A stretch of 63,736 nt of DNA, counting the filler, from Lama guanicoe (lineage: Eukaryota): assembly GCA_013239625.1 (NCBI GenBank). It is 73 parts of 73 records of this genome, joined end to end, with 100 filler letters (N's around TTAATTAATTAA, not from the genome) between each part and the next. Parts side by side here need not be neighbours in the genome. Positions count along the whole stretch, not along the records: positions 62,358 to 62,810 come from MU055126.1; positions 62,911 to 63,736 come from PNXV01011976.1; 71 more parts are not named here. One strand, 5' to 3'. Made by a program: the position numbers and the translations under genes. Below the pieces are notes generated by a model, which was not told the origin of the DNA, ran no database searches, and saw only the letters and a program-made list of their open reading frames with translations. Of this stretch, positions 62,358-63,736 are shown piece after piece (the first letter of the stretch is position 1; every line of letters begins with the position of its first letter).

Positions 62358-62810
62358 TTAGGGGGAATTCTGAGAAATACCTTCCCTGACCTTGGAGAGG
62401 CAGCCTGTGTCAATGGGATTTCCTGCAAACCACCCTAGAATTCCCTGGCACAGAGACATTAGGAAAAAACCCAGGGGAGTCGAGCTTAGGCATTCCGTTA
62501 GAACCCATGCGCTGCTGACCGTTGGTGGAACCTCCCCACGCTCAGGATTCCGGAGCCATAGTCAGTACGTGGGGGAGCTNNNNNNNNNNNNNNNNNNNNN
62601 NNNNNNNNNNNCCTGAACGGGGAAGTCCGAGAAATAACTTCCCTTACCTTGGGGAGGCAGCCTCTGTCACTGGGATTGCCTGCAAACCCCCTAGCATTCC
62701 CTGGCACAGAGACATTAGGAAAAAACCCAGGGAGACCAGCATAGGCATTCAGTTAGGAACAACGCGCTGCCAACCGTTGGTGGAACCTCCCCACGCTCAG
62801 GATTCCGGGA
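62358..62810. repeat. 267-bp satellite (subfamily A)
   Basis: Same monomer, with the AAAAAACCCAGGGGAG variant. Confidence 0.95.
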
Positions 62811-63289
62811 NNNNNNNNNNNNNNNNNNNNNNNNNNNNNNNNNNNNNNNNNNNNTTAATTAATTAANNNNNNNNNNNNNNNNNNNNNNNNNNNNNNNNNN
62901 NNNNNNNNNNGCAGATAATTTGTTTTAAACATTGTTTTAGCTATTGTAGTGCCTTTTTTTAATGGAAATTTTAAAATAATCTTGACAGCACTTTGATAGG
63001 AGTCGCATCAAACGTGTTTATCAATTTGGAGAGAACTGATAGAGGATGAGATAGAAGCAAAAGGGGGTTGTGCACCTCTGAAGGGCGGGAAGCAGCTGAG
63101 ATGGAGAGGAAGCAGGGCAGGATGAGACTTGAGGCATCGCACACCTTTGGAAGCACAAGCGTTTCCTGGAGGCTGAGGATACAGGTATGCCTGGCAGGTG
63201 AACTCTTTCGAGATTGGTTTCCACAAGCCTAGTGATTCTTCCAGCTGTGTGGTGTTTCACTCACACCGCTTTTTCTTCTGCCTGTTAAA

Positions 63290-63736
63290 AATTTATTTAT
63301 GTTTTATTCAAGTATAATTGACTTATACAGTGTTTCAGGGGTACAACAAAATGATTCAGTTACACATTACATATATTCTTTTTCAGATTCTTTTCCATTA
63401 TAGGTTATTATAAGATATTGAATCTAGTTCCAGGTCCTTATTTTTACCTTATTTTTGTTTTGTATGTAGTAGTGTGTATCTGTTAATCCCAAATTCCAAA
63501 TTTATCCCTCCCCCCTTTCCCTTTTGGTATCTCTTAAGTTTGTTTTCTGTCTGTGAGTTTGTTTCTGTTTTGTAAATAAGTTAATTTGTATAATTTTTTT
63601 AGATTATACATGTAAGTAATACATGATAGTTATCTTTCTCTGACTTACTTCACTTATGATAATCTCGAGGTCCTTCCATGTTGCTGAAAATGGCATTATT
63701 TCATTCTTTTTTACGGCTGAGTAGTATTCCATTGTA
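63290..63736 (-). mobile_element. L1 3' end (3' UTR and end of ORF2)
   Basis: AGTATAATTGACTTATACAGTG...TATTCTTTTTCAGATTCTTTTCCATTATAGGTTATT...GGCTGAGTAGTATTCCATTGTA. Confidence 0.93.

Larger units (their letters stand above)
764..62910. other. 72 artificial scaffold-joining linkers, N44-TTAATTAATTAA-N44 (first 764-863, last 62811-62910)
   Basis: An identical 12-mer sits between two 44-N runs at 808, 1715, 2319 ... 62855. It is palindromic, has stop codons in all six frames, and unrelated sequence lies on either side. Confidence 0.99.

Noticed and set aside
808..62866. Regularly recurring TTAATTAATTAA as a CRISPR-like repeat or regulatory motif
   Set aside because: It is always centred in exactly 44+44 Ns, so it is an assembly linker. 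There are no cas genes and the context is eukaryotic.

Overview
This window is not contiguous genomic DNA. It is 73 short (about 0.4-2.2 kb) unplaced mammalian scaffolds joined by 72 identical artificial 100-bp linkers (N44-TTAATTAATTAA-N44), so adjacency across linkers has no biological meaning. The tRNA-derived SINE and the L1 3' tail point to a camelid, probably alpaca or vicuna (inference from recalled repeat consensus sequences). About 27 of the 73 fragments are tandem repeats: an AT-rich satellite built on a 7-bp GAATATA-type unit with 126/189-bp higher-order periods (12 fragments), a CpG-rich 267-bp satellite (8 fragments, two subfamilies), an older diverged ~255-267-bp relative with apparent higher-order structure (3), a 16-bp GC-rich satellite (2), a ~248-bp satellite (1) and a ~590-bp tandem unit (1). 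The rest is L1, L2, MIR, SINE, ERV/LTR and hAT remnants, one OR6C-like olfactory receptor pseudogene fragment, and unique sequence I cannot assign. I find no intact protein-coding gene, RNA gene or CRISPR array, and no convincing new biological system. The most interesting signals concern satellite evolution, an ERV with an Arg-tRNA primer site and a gag remnant, and a possible unannotated proline-rich exon. Repeat family names are from recognition only and need RepeatMasker/Dfam confirmation.
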